NCBI GenBank assembly: GCA_964440235.1
Contig: CAYTQI010000001.1
Span: 31,444 to 95,443, forward strand
Length of the DNA: 64,000 bases
Direction: 5' to 3'
Origin: an uncultured Planctomycetia bacterium
GTDB taxonomy: Bacteria > Omnitrophota > Gorgyraeia > JABMRN01 > RBG-13-46-9
The position numbers and the translations under genes were made by a program. The notes below the pieces were generated by a model. The model did not search any database. It saw only the letters and a list, made by a program, of their open reading frames with translations, and had not been told where the DNA came from. The first letter of the stretch is position 1; each line of letters opens with the position of its first letter. Shown in pieces: positions 18,339 to 27,436 of this stretch.

Positions 18339-20366
18339 CTAATCCGTTTGGCGGCCTTTCTTTAGCTTTTCTGCGCGCCCAAGGCAGCGCTTTTCCATGT
18401 CAAAATCTCTCTTTAGGCGGTATGCTCGGCTCATGTTGTGATAGAGCTCACTCTTTTTGGGCGAGATAATAAGTGCCTTTCTGAAACAATGGATAGCTTT
18501 GTCGGGCAAACCATAAATGTTATACATGCTCCCTAAATCCATGAGTAAATCTACATTATCAGGGTTTGCCCTTGACGCGTTTTCAAGAAGATGCAACGCT
18601 TTTTCGTATTCACCGCGTTCGCGGTAAATAGTACTCAAATAAAGGGCCGCCTCACTCCCGGCCGGATCCTTTTCAAGCGCGACAGTAAAATATTCGGCGG
18701 CTTCATCCGTTTTTCCCTGCCTGTATTTCACGATTCCCGCGTGAACATAACCCAGAGCCGAATGCGGGTTAATTTCTATGGCTCTCATGAATTCCTTTTC
18801 CGCATCCGGAAGTTTATTTTCGCTCTTATGAATCAATCCCAGGTATACGTAAGGCAAGTCCAGTGATTTGTCTTTCGCGATTGCTTTTTTGAAATAATCA
18901 CGGGCCATTCCGATTTTTTTCATCCCAAAATATATCACGCCGATATTGTAGTATCCTTCGGCATAGTCGGGATGTAGCTTTACAAGTTCTTTTTCGGTTA
19001 ACAGCGCCGTTTTGAATCGCCCTTTCGCAAAATACGCCATTCCGAGATTGCCTATTGTGAGCCGGTCTTCAGGCCGGCGCCTTAAAATTTCTTTGAAAAG
19101 AGTTATGTCGTCCCGCCAAAATAAATTTTCCCTTATGGAAAGGGCCGAATAAAGCGATGCGAGGGTTATTCCAAACATAAATAAATAATTTCTGAACTTT
19201 CCTTTGAAGGCGGAGGAGAAAATTGAATTCAACAAATATGCCGCGAGGAAAAAAAAGCCGATTGAAGGCAGGTACAGCCAGTGATCCGCCCGGACAGCGT
19301 TGATCCTCGAAAAGATATTAGAAACAGGTAAAAGTGAAAAAAGAAAGAAAAAAATAAAAAAGCTTACTTCTTTTTTTTTGTTTTTTAAAAGGATACCCAA
19401 AACGATAAGAAGAGTGACAAGCAAAAGAGGCACTGCGCAGCGCGGCTCTAAAAAGCTACTGGCAAGATATGCGCTCTTGCGCATGCATAAATCAACTGGC
19501 GCTGTCAATGTACCCATGTACTGCCCCACAATGAGCGGGAATGTAAAAATGTACCCGAAAAAACTGCTGCCCGGAAAAGCCGCGGGAAGTGTCTGAAATA
19601 AGTGCCCTGCCCTGAACACGGCATAAATGAGCAACACACACCCGCATGCCCAGTACGGCCTCAAAACCCCGTTCCACTGCGTCAGTGGAAAACCTGTTCC
19701 ACCGGATTTTCCACTGACGCAGTGGAACGGGTTAAAAATGAGATCGTATAAGGCAAAAATAAAAATAGTTATGACAGCCATTTCTTTAGATAAAAGCGCC
19801 AAAGTGAAGCCGGAAGTGGACATTAAAAGAAAACGTATTTTCAGGTTTTTCCTGTATTTTATAAAAGCGAGAAATGAAACAAGAAAAAATAAAGCAAATA
19901 ATGAATCGGCCCTTCCGGATAAATAAGTCACGACTCCGTAGTGAACCGGATGACACACAAAAAAAAGTGCCGTTAAAAATGAAAGCATCTTTTTTTTCGC
20001 GATATTATCTACGAGAAAAAATATCATTACGGCGTTTACTATGTGAAGAAAGATGTTAGTGATGTGATAACCAAAAGGGTTGAATCCCCACACGCGGTAA
20101 TCAATAACATAACTTAAGTTCTGTAGCGGCCTGTAAAAAAGTGTTTTCGCGAAACCGGTATTGTCCAGGTCCTGTGAGAAAATTTTTATTACGTCAGGAC
20201 GGTGTATAAATGGATTTTTTAAAATCAGGTAGTGATCGTCCCACACAAAACCGTTATAAAGAGTATTAAAGTAAGTTACAAAACCGAATAGCGCAATAAT
20301 TCCCAGATACAAAAAGGGCAGCGATTTTTTCGCTGCCCTTTTTGAGTGCATATCGTTGTAAGCCAT
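18339..20366 (-). CDS. Membrane protein with an N-terminal GT-C (TMTC/PMT_2-like) domain and C-terminal TPR repeats, paralog 2. It is translationally coupled to pilA
   Basis: 'FVWDD' acidic motif after TM1, YRPLQNLSYVIDYRVWGFNPFGYHITNIFLH, many TM helices and C-terminal TPRs. The start is set at the ATG that overlaps the pilA stop (TAATG at 20368..20364). The ORF-track start at 20408 is probably too long. Confidence 0.7.
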   Translation of the reverse strand: MAYNDMHSKRAAKKSLPFLYLGIIALFGFVTYFNTLYNGFVWDDHYLILKNPFIHRPDVIKIFSQDLDNTGFAKTLFYRPLQNLSYVIDYRVWGFNPFGYHITNIFLHIVNAVMIFFLVDNIAKKKMLSFLTALFFVCHPVHYGVVTYLSGRADSLFALFFLVSFLAFIKYRKNLKIRFLLMSTSGFTLALLSKEMAVITIFIFALYDLIFNPFHCVSGKSGGTGFPLTQWNGVLRPYWACGCVLLIYAVFRAGHLFQTLPAAFPGSSFFGYIFTFPLIVGQYMGTLTAPVDLCMRKSAYLASSFLEPRCAVPLLLVTLLIVLGILLKNKKKEVSFFIFFFLFSLLPVSNIFSRINAVRADHWLYLPSIGFFFLAAYLLNSIFSSAFKGKFRNYLFMFGITLASLYSALSIRENLFWRDDITLFKEILRRRPEDRLTIGNLGMAYFAKGRFKTALLTEKELVKLHPDYAEGYYNIGVIYFGMKKIGMARDYFKKAIAKDKSLDLPYVYLGLIHKSENKLPDAEKEFMRAIEINPHSALGYVHAGIVKYRQGKTDEAAEYFTVALEKDPAGSEAALYLSTIYRERGEYEKALHLLENASRANPDNVDLLMDLGSMYNIYGLPDKAIHCFRKALIISPKKSELYHNMSRAYRLKRDFDMEKRCLGRAEKLKKGRQTD
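19669..19730. repeat. Perfect 24-bp inverted repeat with a 14-bp spacer lying inside the coding sequence 18339..20366
   Basis: CCGTTCCACTGCGTCAGTGGAAAA (19669..19692), spacer CCTGTTCCACCGGA, TTTTCCACTGACGCAGTGGAACGG (19707..19730). Both strands therefore encode ...PFHCVSGK...FPLTQWNG.... Confidence 0.9.
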
Positions 20367-20728
20367 TAAGCCTGGACCGGAACGCTCGCCGTTCCGTGAA
20401 CAGCACATGACGGCTCAGCCGACACCGCGCCAACGGTATATGCTCCACCGGACGGACATACAGGCGTTCTTTTCAGGTACGTCGGAATTAATCCTGTACC
20501 GGCAGTGCCATCAAGCGTTGGCGTATCTGTTTCCGCTTTGTTCAGGTCAATCGCCCATACCTGCTTCGCTCCGTCAATCTGCTTCAGATTGGCGATGCAG
20601 GCGTTTGTTCTCGCCAGGACACGTGCCCTTACAAAGTTCGGAATGGCTATCGCCGCTAATAGACCAATAATTGCCACAACGATCATGATTTCAACCAGCG
20701 TAAAGCCTTTTTTGTTCATTTTCCTCAT
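20366..20728 (-). CDS. pilA: Type IV major pilin (PilA-like)
   Basis: MRKMNKKGFTLVEIMIVVAIIGLLAAIAIPNF is the canonical prepilin leader (G-1, F+1, E+5) and hydrophobic alpha1 helix. 120 aa with 4 Cys in the C-terminal half. Strong RBS GAGAGGTGA. The start may instead be the second Met, MNKKG. Confidence 0.8.
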   Translation of the reverse strand: MRKMNKKGFTLVEIMIVVAIIGLLAAIAIPNFVRARVLARTNACIANLKQIDGAKQVWAIDLNKAETDTPTLDGTAGTGLIPTYLKRTPVCPSGGAYTVGAVSAEPSCAVHGTASVPVQA

Positions 20729-20830
20729 TATCTTTCACCTCTCTTTCCTCCCTCAGGTAATTGATGCCTTTCACAGGGAATATTTATTAAGCCCCATAAA
20801 AGGCATTCTCGAGGGAATCCTCTTGTTTCA

Positions 20831-20859
20831 AGTATATCACAGAAATAGCCGATTGTCAA
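20831..20859 (-). promoter_or_regulatory. Sigma-70 consensus-like promoter of pilA: -35 TTGACA (20859..20854), 17-nt spacer, -10 TATACT (20836..20831), with TGTGA immediately upstream of the -10
   Basis: Read directly. It predicts a leader of about 95 nt to the pilA ATG. The same hexamers and spacing occur at 28902..28930. Confidence 0.5.
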
Positions 20860-20880
20860 GACCCCGACGGTAAAAGCAGT

Positions 20881-21062
20881 AGGGACGGGGCATTTGGTGA
20901 TCTCTGGGGTGTCCCCTCCTTAACCCCACCCCAGGAAACCCCCTCACCTTACAGTTTAGAAGCAGTTAAAAATAGAGCGAAGACAAGATTGTTTTGCCAT
21001 AAAGGGGACACCCCAGAGTTACCATGCGGGACACCCCAGAGATCACCAAATGCCCCGTCCCT
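20881..21062. repeat. 182-bp element bounded by perfect 35-bp terminal inverted repeats, with a nested direct copy of the inner 14-15 bp. It lies between the pilC stop and the pilA promoter
   Basis: L arm AGGGACGGGGCATTTGGTGATCTCTGGGGTGTCCC (20881..20915). R arm GGGACACCCCAGAGATCACCAAATGCCCCGTCCCT (21028..21062) is its exact reverse complement. An internal copy GGGGACACCCCAGAG at 21004..21018 lies 9 bp from the R arm. The 112-bp interior is C-rich. Confidence 0.9.
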
Positions 21063-21097
21063 CGGAATCCGGAATCTTGGTAAGTGGTGGGAGAGGA

Positions 21098-22318
21098 TTA
21101 GCTGCCAACGAGAGTGGTAATCTTCAATATAGGCAAAAACATGCAGATAACTATGCCGCCTATGACAATACCGAGAAAGGCTATTATAAGAGGCTCAATA
21201 AGGCTCGTAAGGCCACTGACGGCCGCATCTACCTGCTCGTCATAGAAATCCGCTATTTTAGTCAACATTTTCTCGAGTTCCCCTGTCTGTTCGCCCACAG
21301 AAACCATACGCACCACCATCGGCGGAAATGCCCCGCTTCTCGCCAGCGGGTCCGCGATCGGCTCCCCCTCTTTTACGTTCGCCCTGACACTGTCAACCGC
21401 CGCCTCTATGACACGGTTTCCGGATGTCTTGCTGACAATTTCAAGAGAACCCAGAATCGGAACGCCGCTTCGTATAAGCGTAGAAAGCGTCCTTGTAAAT
21501 TTGCCTACCGCTACTTTACTCGCGAGAGGGCCGAATATAAGCATTTTTAGTTTAATCCTGTCCAGATTCATTCTCCCTTTTTCTGTTTTGGCGTACTTCT
21601 TCAGAAAGAAAACCCCCAGCACCACGGCTCCTATCACTACGTAAAAGTACCTCCTCATAAAATTACTCACGTTGATCATAATCTGCGTTGGCGTGGGTAA
21701 TTTGGCGCCAAAACCGGCGTATATATCGCCGAAAACGGGAACCACCTTTATCAGCAAAAAAACAGTTATCGCGATCGCCATAAACGTCACCACCACGGGA
21801 TATACCAGAGCCGCCTTTATTTTTTTATTCAGCGCGCTTGTTTTCTCCAGATACCCGGCGAGGCGATCCAATATCTCATCCAGCGTACCGCTCGATTCGC
21901 CGGCACGTACCATATTGATAAAAAGGGGTGAAAAAACATTCGCGTGTTTGGACAACCCTTCGGACAGGCTCGAACCCGTTTCAACGTCATCCCGTATCTT
22001 GGAGATAACCTTCTTTAATGACGGGTGTTCAATTTGCTCGGCCAGGATATCGAGCGCGGTAACAAGCGGGATACCAGCGTCAACCATCGTGGCAAGCTGA
22101 CGGGAAAATATAACAAGATCGTCAATTTTAATTTTTTTATTTTTCATCTTCCCGAGAAAACCAAGCGAAAGAATACGCTTTCCGCCCTCTTCAAGAGAAA
22201 TTATGGTAAGGGCCTTTGCCCGCAGTGACTGAATGGCAGCATCCCTTGAGGGCGTATCAACAACGCCCTTCAGCGTCTTTCCGGCCCTGTCCTTAACTAC
22301 ATATTTGTATTTTGCCAT
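21098..22318 (-). CDS. pilC: Type IV pilus inner-membrane platform protein PilC (GspF family)
   Basis: 406 aa with two GspF-type repeats (…FSRQLATMVDAGIPL… / …FTRTLSTLIRSGVPIL…) and 3 TM segments. Confidence 0.9.
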   Translation of the reverse strand: MAKYKYVVKDRAGKTLKGVVDTPSRDAAIQSLRAKALTIISLEEGGKRILSLGFLGKMKNKKIKIDDLVIFSRQLATMVDAGIPLVTALDILAEQIEHPSLKKVISKIRDDVETGSSLSEGLSKHANVFSPLFINMVRAGESSGTLDEILDRLAGYLEKTSALNKKIKAALVYPVVVTFMAIAITVFLLIKVVPVFGDIYAGFGAKLPTPTQIMINVSNFMRRYFYVVIGAVVLGVFFLKKYAKTEKGRMNLDRIKLKMLIFGPLASKVAVGKFTRTLSTLIRSGVPILGSLEIVSKTSGNRVIEAAVDSVRANVKEGEPIADPLARSGAFPPMVVRMVSVGEQTGELEKMLTKIADFYDEQVDAAVSGLTSLIEPLIIAFLGIVIGGIVICMFLPILKITTLVGS

Positions 22319-22324
22319 TGATCT

Positions 22325-24049
22325 TTATTCCCCCGTAGTTATTCTCAAAACCTCTTCCAGCGTCGTCAGGCCCGCGGCGAAGTTCTCCAGGGCGCTGTCT
22401 CTAAGTGTCATCATGCCGCGCGAAACAGCGTACTTTTTTATCTCATCGTTCGGCACCCTTTTAATGATCATATCCCGTATTTCGTCGTCTATGGGAAGAG
22501 CTTCCAGGACTCCCAGTCTGCCCATGTAACCGCTATTGTTGCACCGCGGGCAACCCTTGCCGCGATAAAAAGGCCTGCGCTTCATGAGGGCATCGATATT
22601 TATGTTGCCGCCTATTCTTTCAAGGACGGCGCGCGGAATATCAACCGGCTCCTTGCACCTGGGGCAAATCTTACGTTGCAGGCGCTGGGCCGCCGGGAGA
22701 ACAAGGCTCGCGGCTATGAGAAACGGCTCGACCCCCATATCTATGAGGCGCGTTATGGCTCCGGCGGCGTCATTTGTGTGAAGGGTGCTTAAAACGATCT
22801 GTCCCGTCAGGGACGCCTTGATAGCGATGTCAGCCGTTTCAAAATCCCTTATTTCCCCGACCATTACAATATCGGGGCTCTGTCTTAAAATCGAACGCAG
22901 GCCGTTTGCGAATGTCAAGCCGATGTCGGCGTTCGCCTGTATCTGGGTTATACCTTCCACCTCGTACTCGACCGGATCCTCTATCGTAACAATATTTTTT
23001 TCCGGGGTGTTAAGCTTGTTAATTATTGAGTATAGTGTCGTGGATTTACCGCTTCCCGTGGGGCCCGTCAGAAGAATCATGCCGAAAGGCTTCTCCAGCG
23101 CTTTTGTAAAAGCGGATAAAGGTTTCTCGAGAAAACCCAGCTTGTCCAGCCCCACACTAAGGTTTGATTTATCCAGAGCCCTTAGAACAATTTTATTACC
23201 GAAAGATATCGGCAAAACGCTTACCCTGAAATCTATTTCCCGCTGGCCCAATTTTATCCTAAAACGCCCATCCTGCGGAATCCTGCTTTCCGTTATGTCC
23301 AGCCGCGACATGATTTTTATTCTCGCGAGAACGGCGTTCTGGTTTTTTCTAGGCAGCCTGAGCGCTTCGCGAAGCGTACCGTCAACCCTGTATCTTACCC
23401 TTAAATCCCTCTCGCACGGCTCAATATGAATGTCGCTCGCCCTTGCCCTTAACGCCTCGTTCAGTATAAGCGAAACGATCTTGACAATAGGGGCCTTCTG
23501 GCTCTCGGCGGTAATTTCGCTTATATCTATTTTTTCTTCCTCAACGACTTCCACACTTTCACCGTCAACACCCTTGATCACCGAAGAAAGATCCTCCCCC
23601 GGGGCACCAAACGTCCGCGCCAGGGTTTCTTTTATGTCGTTGCCGGCGGCGATAACGGTATCAATATTTTCTATGTCGCGCGGGACAGTTGATTTTATGT
23701 CATCAATAGCGAGAATATCCGTAGGATCCGACATCGCTACGGTAAGCGTATTCCCGATCCTGGATATGGGAATCAGGATGTGTTTAACAGCCAGTTTTTC
23801 AGGTATAAGTTTTGCCACGTTCGGATCCACCTTGTATTTGGAAAGGTCTATCGGCGGTATATCCAGTTCCGCGCTCAAAAATATCATCAAGTCCTTATGC
23901 GAAATGATTTTTTCGCCGATCAGAATCTTCCCTATGCTGCCGCCGCGTTTTTTATGTATATTTAAAATTTTTTTAAGCTGGGGCTTTCCCAGGATATTTT
24001 TTTCCTGAAGCAGGTCAAGAAGTTTATCCGATATTGTTCTTTTTTTCAT
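22325..24049 (-). CDS. pilB: Type IV pilus extension ATPase PilB/GspE family, copy 1, with N-terminal MshEN/GSPII_E_N domain
   Basis: Walker A GPTGSGKST, Asp box, Walker B (DIVMVGEIRD), His box (TLHTND), tetra-Cys Zn motif CPRC...CPRC. The N-terminal GspE_N-like domain has an LxxLL...G...QL..IL..H pattern. Confidence 0.9.
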   Translation of the reverse strand: MKKRTISDKLLDLLQEKNILGKPQLKKILNIHKKRGGSIGKILIGEKIISHKDLMIFLSAELDIPPIDLSKYKVDPNVAKLIPEKLAVKHILIPISRIGNTLTVAMSDPTDILAIDDIKSTVPRDIENIDTVIAAGNDIKETLARTFGAPGEDLSSVIKGVDGESVEVVEEEKIDISEITAESQKAPIVKIVSLILNEALRARASDIHIEPCERDLRVRYRVDGTLREALRLPRKNQNAVLARIKIMSRLDITESRIPQDGRFRIKLGQREIDFRVSVLPISFGNKIVLRALDKSNLSVGLDKLGFLEKPLSAFTKALEKPFGMILLTGPTGSGKSTTLYSIINKLNTPEKNIVTIEDPVEYEVEGITQIQANADIGLTFANGLRSILRQSPDIVMVGEIRDFETADIAIKASLTGQIVLSTLHTNDAAGAITRLIDMGVEPFLIAASLVLPAAQRLQRKICPRCKEPVDIPRAVLERIGGNINIDALMKRRPFYRGKGCPRCNNSGYMGRLGVLEALPIDDEIRDMIIKRVPNDEIKKYAVSRGMMTLRDSALENFAAGLTTLEEVLRITTGE

Positions 24050-24118
24050 CAGCGTGTTATTGTAAGTCCCTGAAATTAAAAATTTTAGGGGTGAAGCAAC
24101 TTATCTGTCCGGCTCCAC

Positions 24119-25855
24119 TTATTTAACGGCAATATCCTGATCCCCCACGGTAACGCGCAATACTTCTTCTACGGTCGTTTCCCCGCGCAAAATTTTCCTT
24201 ACGCCGTTTTCGCGCAACGTGCTCATATTTTCTCTGCGCGCCTGCTCCCGGATTACGTGCTCCTGGGACTTTTCCAGGATAAGACGGCGGATCTCCGGGG
24301 ACAATGTAAGTGTTTCGATCAGCCCCACCCTCCCCTTGTACCCTGTGTTACGGCACGCCTTGCACCCCTTCCCCCTGTAAACAGTATTTTTCGCGCCCGG
24401 TTCAAGCTTAAGCAGCTTTGAGGTTACCTCGTCTAACTTATAAGATTCCTTGCAGCTTTCGCAAATCTTGCGAACAAGACGCTGCGCGGCCACCAGGATC
24501 ATACTGGAGGTTATAAGAAAAGGCTCTACCCCCATATTCACCAGGCGAACCACTGAACCGCTGGCCGTTGTGGTATGCAGGGTGCTCAAGACAAGGTGTC
24601 CGGTCAAAGCCGCTTTAATAGCGATATCCACGGTTTCAAAGTCACGTATCTCCCCGACCATTATTATATCCGGGTCCTGCCGCAGAAACGAACGCAGGCT
24701 TGAGCCGAACGTAAGGTTTAAATCCGGCTTCACGGTAAGCTGGTTTATCCCCTCGAGTTGATATTCCACCGGGTCCTCGGCTGTGATTATATTTTTTTCC
24801 GGTGAGTCTATCAGCTTCAATATCGAATAAAGAGTGGTTGTTTTGCCGCAACCTGTGGGGCCGCATAAAAGAATCATCCCGTGCGGTTTCGCGGCCGCTT
24901 TTTTTAAATTTTCCAGGCTTTCTTTTTCAAATCCAAGCTTATCAAGGTCAAGCATGGCCTGCGACTTGTCCAGTATCCTGAGCGCTACCTTTTCGCCGTT
25001 CGAGGAAGGCATGACGGAAATCCTGAAATCGACCTCTTTATTGTCTATCTTGGCTTTAAAACGGCCATCCTGCGGAAGCCGCCTTTCGGCTATGTTTAGA
25101 TTTGATATAACCTTTAACCGCGAAACAAGCGCCGGATGAATTTTTTTCGGCGGATACTGCGCCTCCTGCAAAATACCGTCTACCCGGTATCTCACCCTCA
25201 TGGTATTTTCAAGCGGCTCTATCAAAATGTCACTCGCCCGCGCTTTAACGCCCTCGGCAAGCAGCATGTTTGTTATTTTGACAACAGGGGCTTCCTGTAT
25301 AAGTTTTACAAGCTGCGAAGACGAAATAGCGTCCGCGTTTTCTTCTATCACCTCAATGCCGCCGTCCGATTCCATTCCGTCTATAATTTTTTCTATCGCC
25401 TCATGCGTTCCGGCCTCGTAATATTCGGCTATTCCGTCATCTATCTCTTTTTCACTCGCTATAACGACGCTTATTTTACATTCGGTAATCGCCGCAATGT
25501 CATCAACGGCGAAAACATTAAGCGGGTCAGCCACGGCTATAGTTAAAAATTTTCCCATTTTTGAAACCGGCAGAACATGGTAATTTTTCGCCGTTTTTTT
25601 TGGAAGGAGCCTGATCACTTCGGGAGAAATTTTATAACGCGAAAGGTCGATTGGAGGAATACCGAGTTCCTCGCTTAAAGCGGATGTAAGATCGGCTCTC
25701 GAGACGACGCCCATGCCGACGAGTATATCGCTTAGCTTGCCGCCCTTTTCTTTCTGTATCGCGAGGGCTTTCCTGATATCATTTTCTACGAGTATCTTCT
25801 TTTTGCAAAGAGTCGCGGTAACCTTATCTTTTATTGAAAGGGCGTCATCGCGCAT
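24119..25855 (-). CDS. PilB/GspE-family secretion ATPase, copy 2 (tandem paralog), with N-terminal MshEN-like domain
   Basis: Walker A GPTGCGKTT, DIIMVGEIRD, TLHTTT, Zn motif CESC...CKAC. The N-terminus carries KLSDILVGMGVVSRADLTSAL (MshEN-like motif, Ser replacing Gly). Confidence 0.85.
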   Translation of the reverse strand: MRDDALSIKDKVTATLCKKKILVENDIRKALAIQKEKGGKLSDILVGMGVVSRADLTSALSEELGIPPIDLSRYKISPEVIRLLPKKTAKNYHVLPVSKMGKFLTIAVADPLNVFAVDDIAAITECKISVVIASEKEIDDGIAEYYEAGTHEAIEKIIDGMESDGGIEVIEENADAISSSQLVKLIQEAPVVKITNMLLAEGVKARASDILIEPLENTMRVRYRVDGILQEAQYPPKKIHPALVSRLKVISNLNIAERRLPQDGRFKAKIDNKEVDFRISVMPSSNGEKVALRILDKSQAMLDLDKLGFEKESLENLKKAAAKPHGMILLCGPTGCGKTTTLYSILKLIDSPEKNIITAEDPVEYQLEGINQLTVKPDLNLTFGSSLRSFLRQDPDIIMVGEIRDFETVDIAIKAALTGHLVLSTLHTTTASGSVVRLVNMGVEPFLITSSMILVAAQRLVRKICESCKESYKLDEVTSKLLKLEPGAKNTVYRGKGCKACRNTGYKGRVGLIETLTLSPEIRRLILEKSQEHVIREQARRENMSTLRENGVRKILRGETTVEEVLRVTVGDQDIAVK

Positions 25856-26311
25856 TTATTTTTTTTCTTTGGCGTAAAATTTCTCAATCGCGTTTAAAAT
25901 ATCCGTCATTGTGCTGACGAATACCTGTACATTGCACTTGGTTAATAGCTCTATATCTTCGATTGCTTTTACGTTCAGCGGGTTTGACATGGCGACCGTA
26001 AGCGTATCGGCTATTTTATCTACGGCCATCAGGCAATACTGACGGGCCACGTTTTCCGGTATAAGCTGTACTATATTTTTTGAAAGTTCGTAATTTGCGA
26101 GTGGGAGGTAAGGAAATCCGTACTGAACGGTAAGGGCCTGCGCTATTTCCTCTTCTTTCGTGAATCCCAATACAACGAGAATCTGTCCGACGAGGCCGCC
26201 TTTCTGCTTCTGCATTTCAAGGGCCTTATCGAGCTGGGCTTTTGTTATAAGCCCTCTTTCTATCAGAAGTTCTCCGAGCTGTTTTTTCACAAGACGCCTG
26301 AATGGAAGCAT
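25856..26311 (-). CDS. Standalone MshEN / GspE-N-terminal-domain protein (151 aa), a putative c-di-GMP receptor
   Basis: KQLGELLIERGLITKAQLDKALEMQ matches the MshEN c-di-GMP-binding motif RLGxx(L/V/I)(L/V/I)xxG(L/V/I)(L/V/I)xxxxLxxxLxxQ at every constrained position except R1. A second, weaker copy follows (VGQILVVLGFTKEEEIAQALTVQ). There is no ATPase domain. Confidence 0.7.
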   Translation of the reverse strand: MLPFRRLVKKQLGELLIERGLITKAQLDKALEMQKQKGGLVGQILVVLGFTKEEEIAQALTVQYGFPYLPLANYELSKNIVQLIPENVARQYCLMAVDKIADTLTVAMSNPLNVKAIEDIELLTKCNVQVFVSTMTDILNAIEKFYAKEKK

Positions 26312-26317
26312 TTTATC

Positions 26318-27385
26318 CTACCTCGCCTTGATTAGTTTTTCAAATTCATCCGGGTTTGTCGTCTTGCACAGGCATGATTCCAGGGATACAACGCCCCTGT
26401 TGCACAATTCCGCGAGCGACTGATTCATCGTCTTCATGCCGCTTTTCTGCGAAGTCTGTATAATGGAATACATCTGGTGAATTTTCCCCTCGCGTATAAG
26501 GCTTCTGGCCGCCGGCGTGGCTGTAAGGACCTCTGTGCCGAGAGCCCTGCCCGAGTGCCCGGTTTTCGGAATCAACTGCTGCGAAAGCACGGCGAGAAGA
26601 ACAAACGAAAGTTGTGTCCGTATCTGCTGCTGCTGGTGTGAAGGAAATACGTCGATTACCCTGTTTATCGTCTGAACCGCATCCGAGGTATGCAGTGTGG
26701 CGAAAACCAGGTGTCCGGTTTCGGCGATTATCAACGCGCTTTCTATCGTCTCAAGATCCCTCATCTCCCCTATTAGTATCACATCCGGGTCCTGTCGTAA
26801 TACGTGTTTTAATGACGCACCGAAAGAACGTGTATCCCTGTAAACCTCTCTCTGGTCAACAATGGATTTTTTATTCTTGTGCACAAATTCTATCGGATCC
26901 TCAATCGTGACAATGTGGCATTCCCTGCGCTCATTTATGAAATTAATCATCGAGGCAAGGGTAGTTGATTTTCCGCTCCCCGTGGCGCCTGTAACAAGAA
27001 CAAGCCCTTTCGGCTTTGCGCAAAGATCGGTTACCACTCCTAACGGAAGGCCGCACTGTTCAAACGTCATTATCTCAAACGGAATAAGCCTTATGGCGCA
27101 GCCCACCGCTTCCCTCTGGTAAAAAACGTTTACCCTGAAACGCGCCAGATTATGAATTTCAAAAGAAAAATCAAGTTCCCAGTCTCTCTCGAACTGCTTT
27201 ATCTGCTCGGGCTTAAGAAGCGCGTACACGCTCTCTCTAACCTCATCGCGATTAAGAATCATTTTATCCACGGGGCAAAGCTTTTCGTCTATCCTGAAAT
27301 GAACCGGTGAGTTTGCCGTAATATGCAGGTCGGAAGCCTTTCTCTCTTTCATCGTCTTTAACAGGCTTTTTACATCTACTTTCAT
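26318..27385 (-). CDS. pilT: Twitching-motility retraction ATPase PilT
   Basis: 355 aa. GATGSGKST Walker A, DVILIGEMRD, TLHTSDAVQTINR, and the PilT-specific AIRLIP...HIVTIEDPIE segments. Confidence 0.9.
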   Translation of the reverse strand: MKVDVKSLLKTMKERKASDLHITANSPVHFRIDEKLCPVDKMILNRDEVRESVYALLKPEQIKQFERDWELDFSFEIHNLARFRVNVFYQREAVGCAIRLIPFEIMTFEQCGLPLGVVTDLCAKPKGLVLVTGATGSGKSTTLASMINFINERRECHIVTIEDPIEFVHKNKKSIVDQREVYRDTRSFGASLKHVLRQDPDVILIGEMRDLETIESALIIAETGHLVFATLHTSDAVQTINRVIDVFPSHQQQQIRTQLSFVLLAVLSQQLIPKTGHSGRALGTEVLTATPAARSLIREGKIHQMYSIIQTSQKSGMKTMNQSLAELCNRGVVSLESCLCKTTNPDEFEKLIKAR

Positions 27386-27436
27386 CCATCGCTCCTGTTC
27401 TATAGTTCTTCGTACGCCTTAAGCCGTCCCTTCGGG

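Noticed and set aside
19300-19400. A/T-rich homopolymeric stretch (poly-A/poly-T runs) that could suggest an intergenic or low-complexity repeat
   Set aside because: It lies within the TM-domain coding region of the TPR/GT-C gene and encodes Phe/Leu/Lys-rich membrane segments (…FFIFFFLFSLLPV…). It is compositional, not a separate feature.
21050-21550. 166-aa plus-strand ORF starting inside the inverted-repeat element
   Set aside because: It runs antisense through the pilC C-terminus. Its protein is Arg/His-rich low complexity and it has no RBS.
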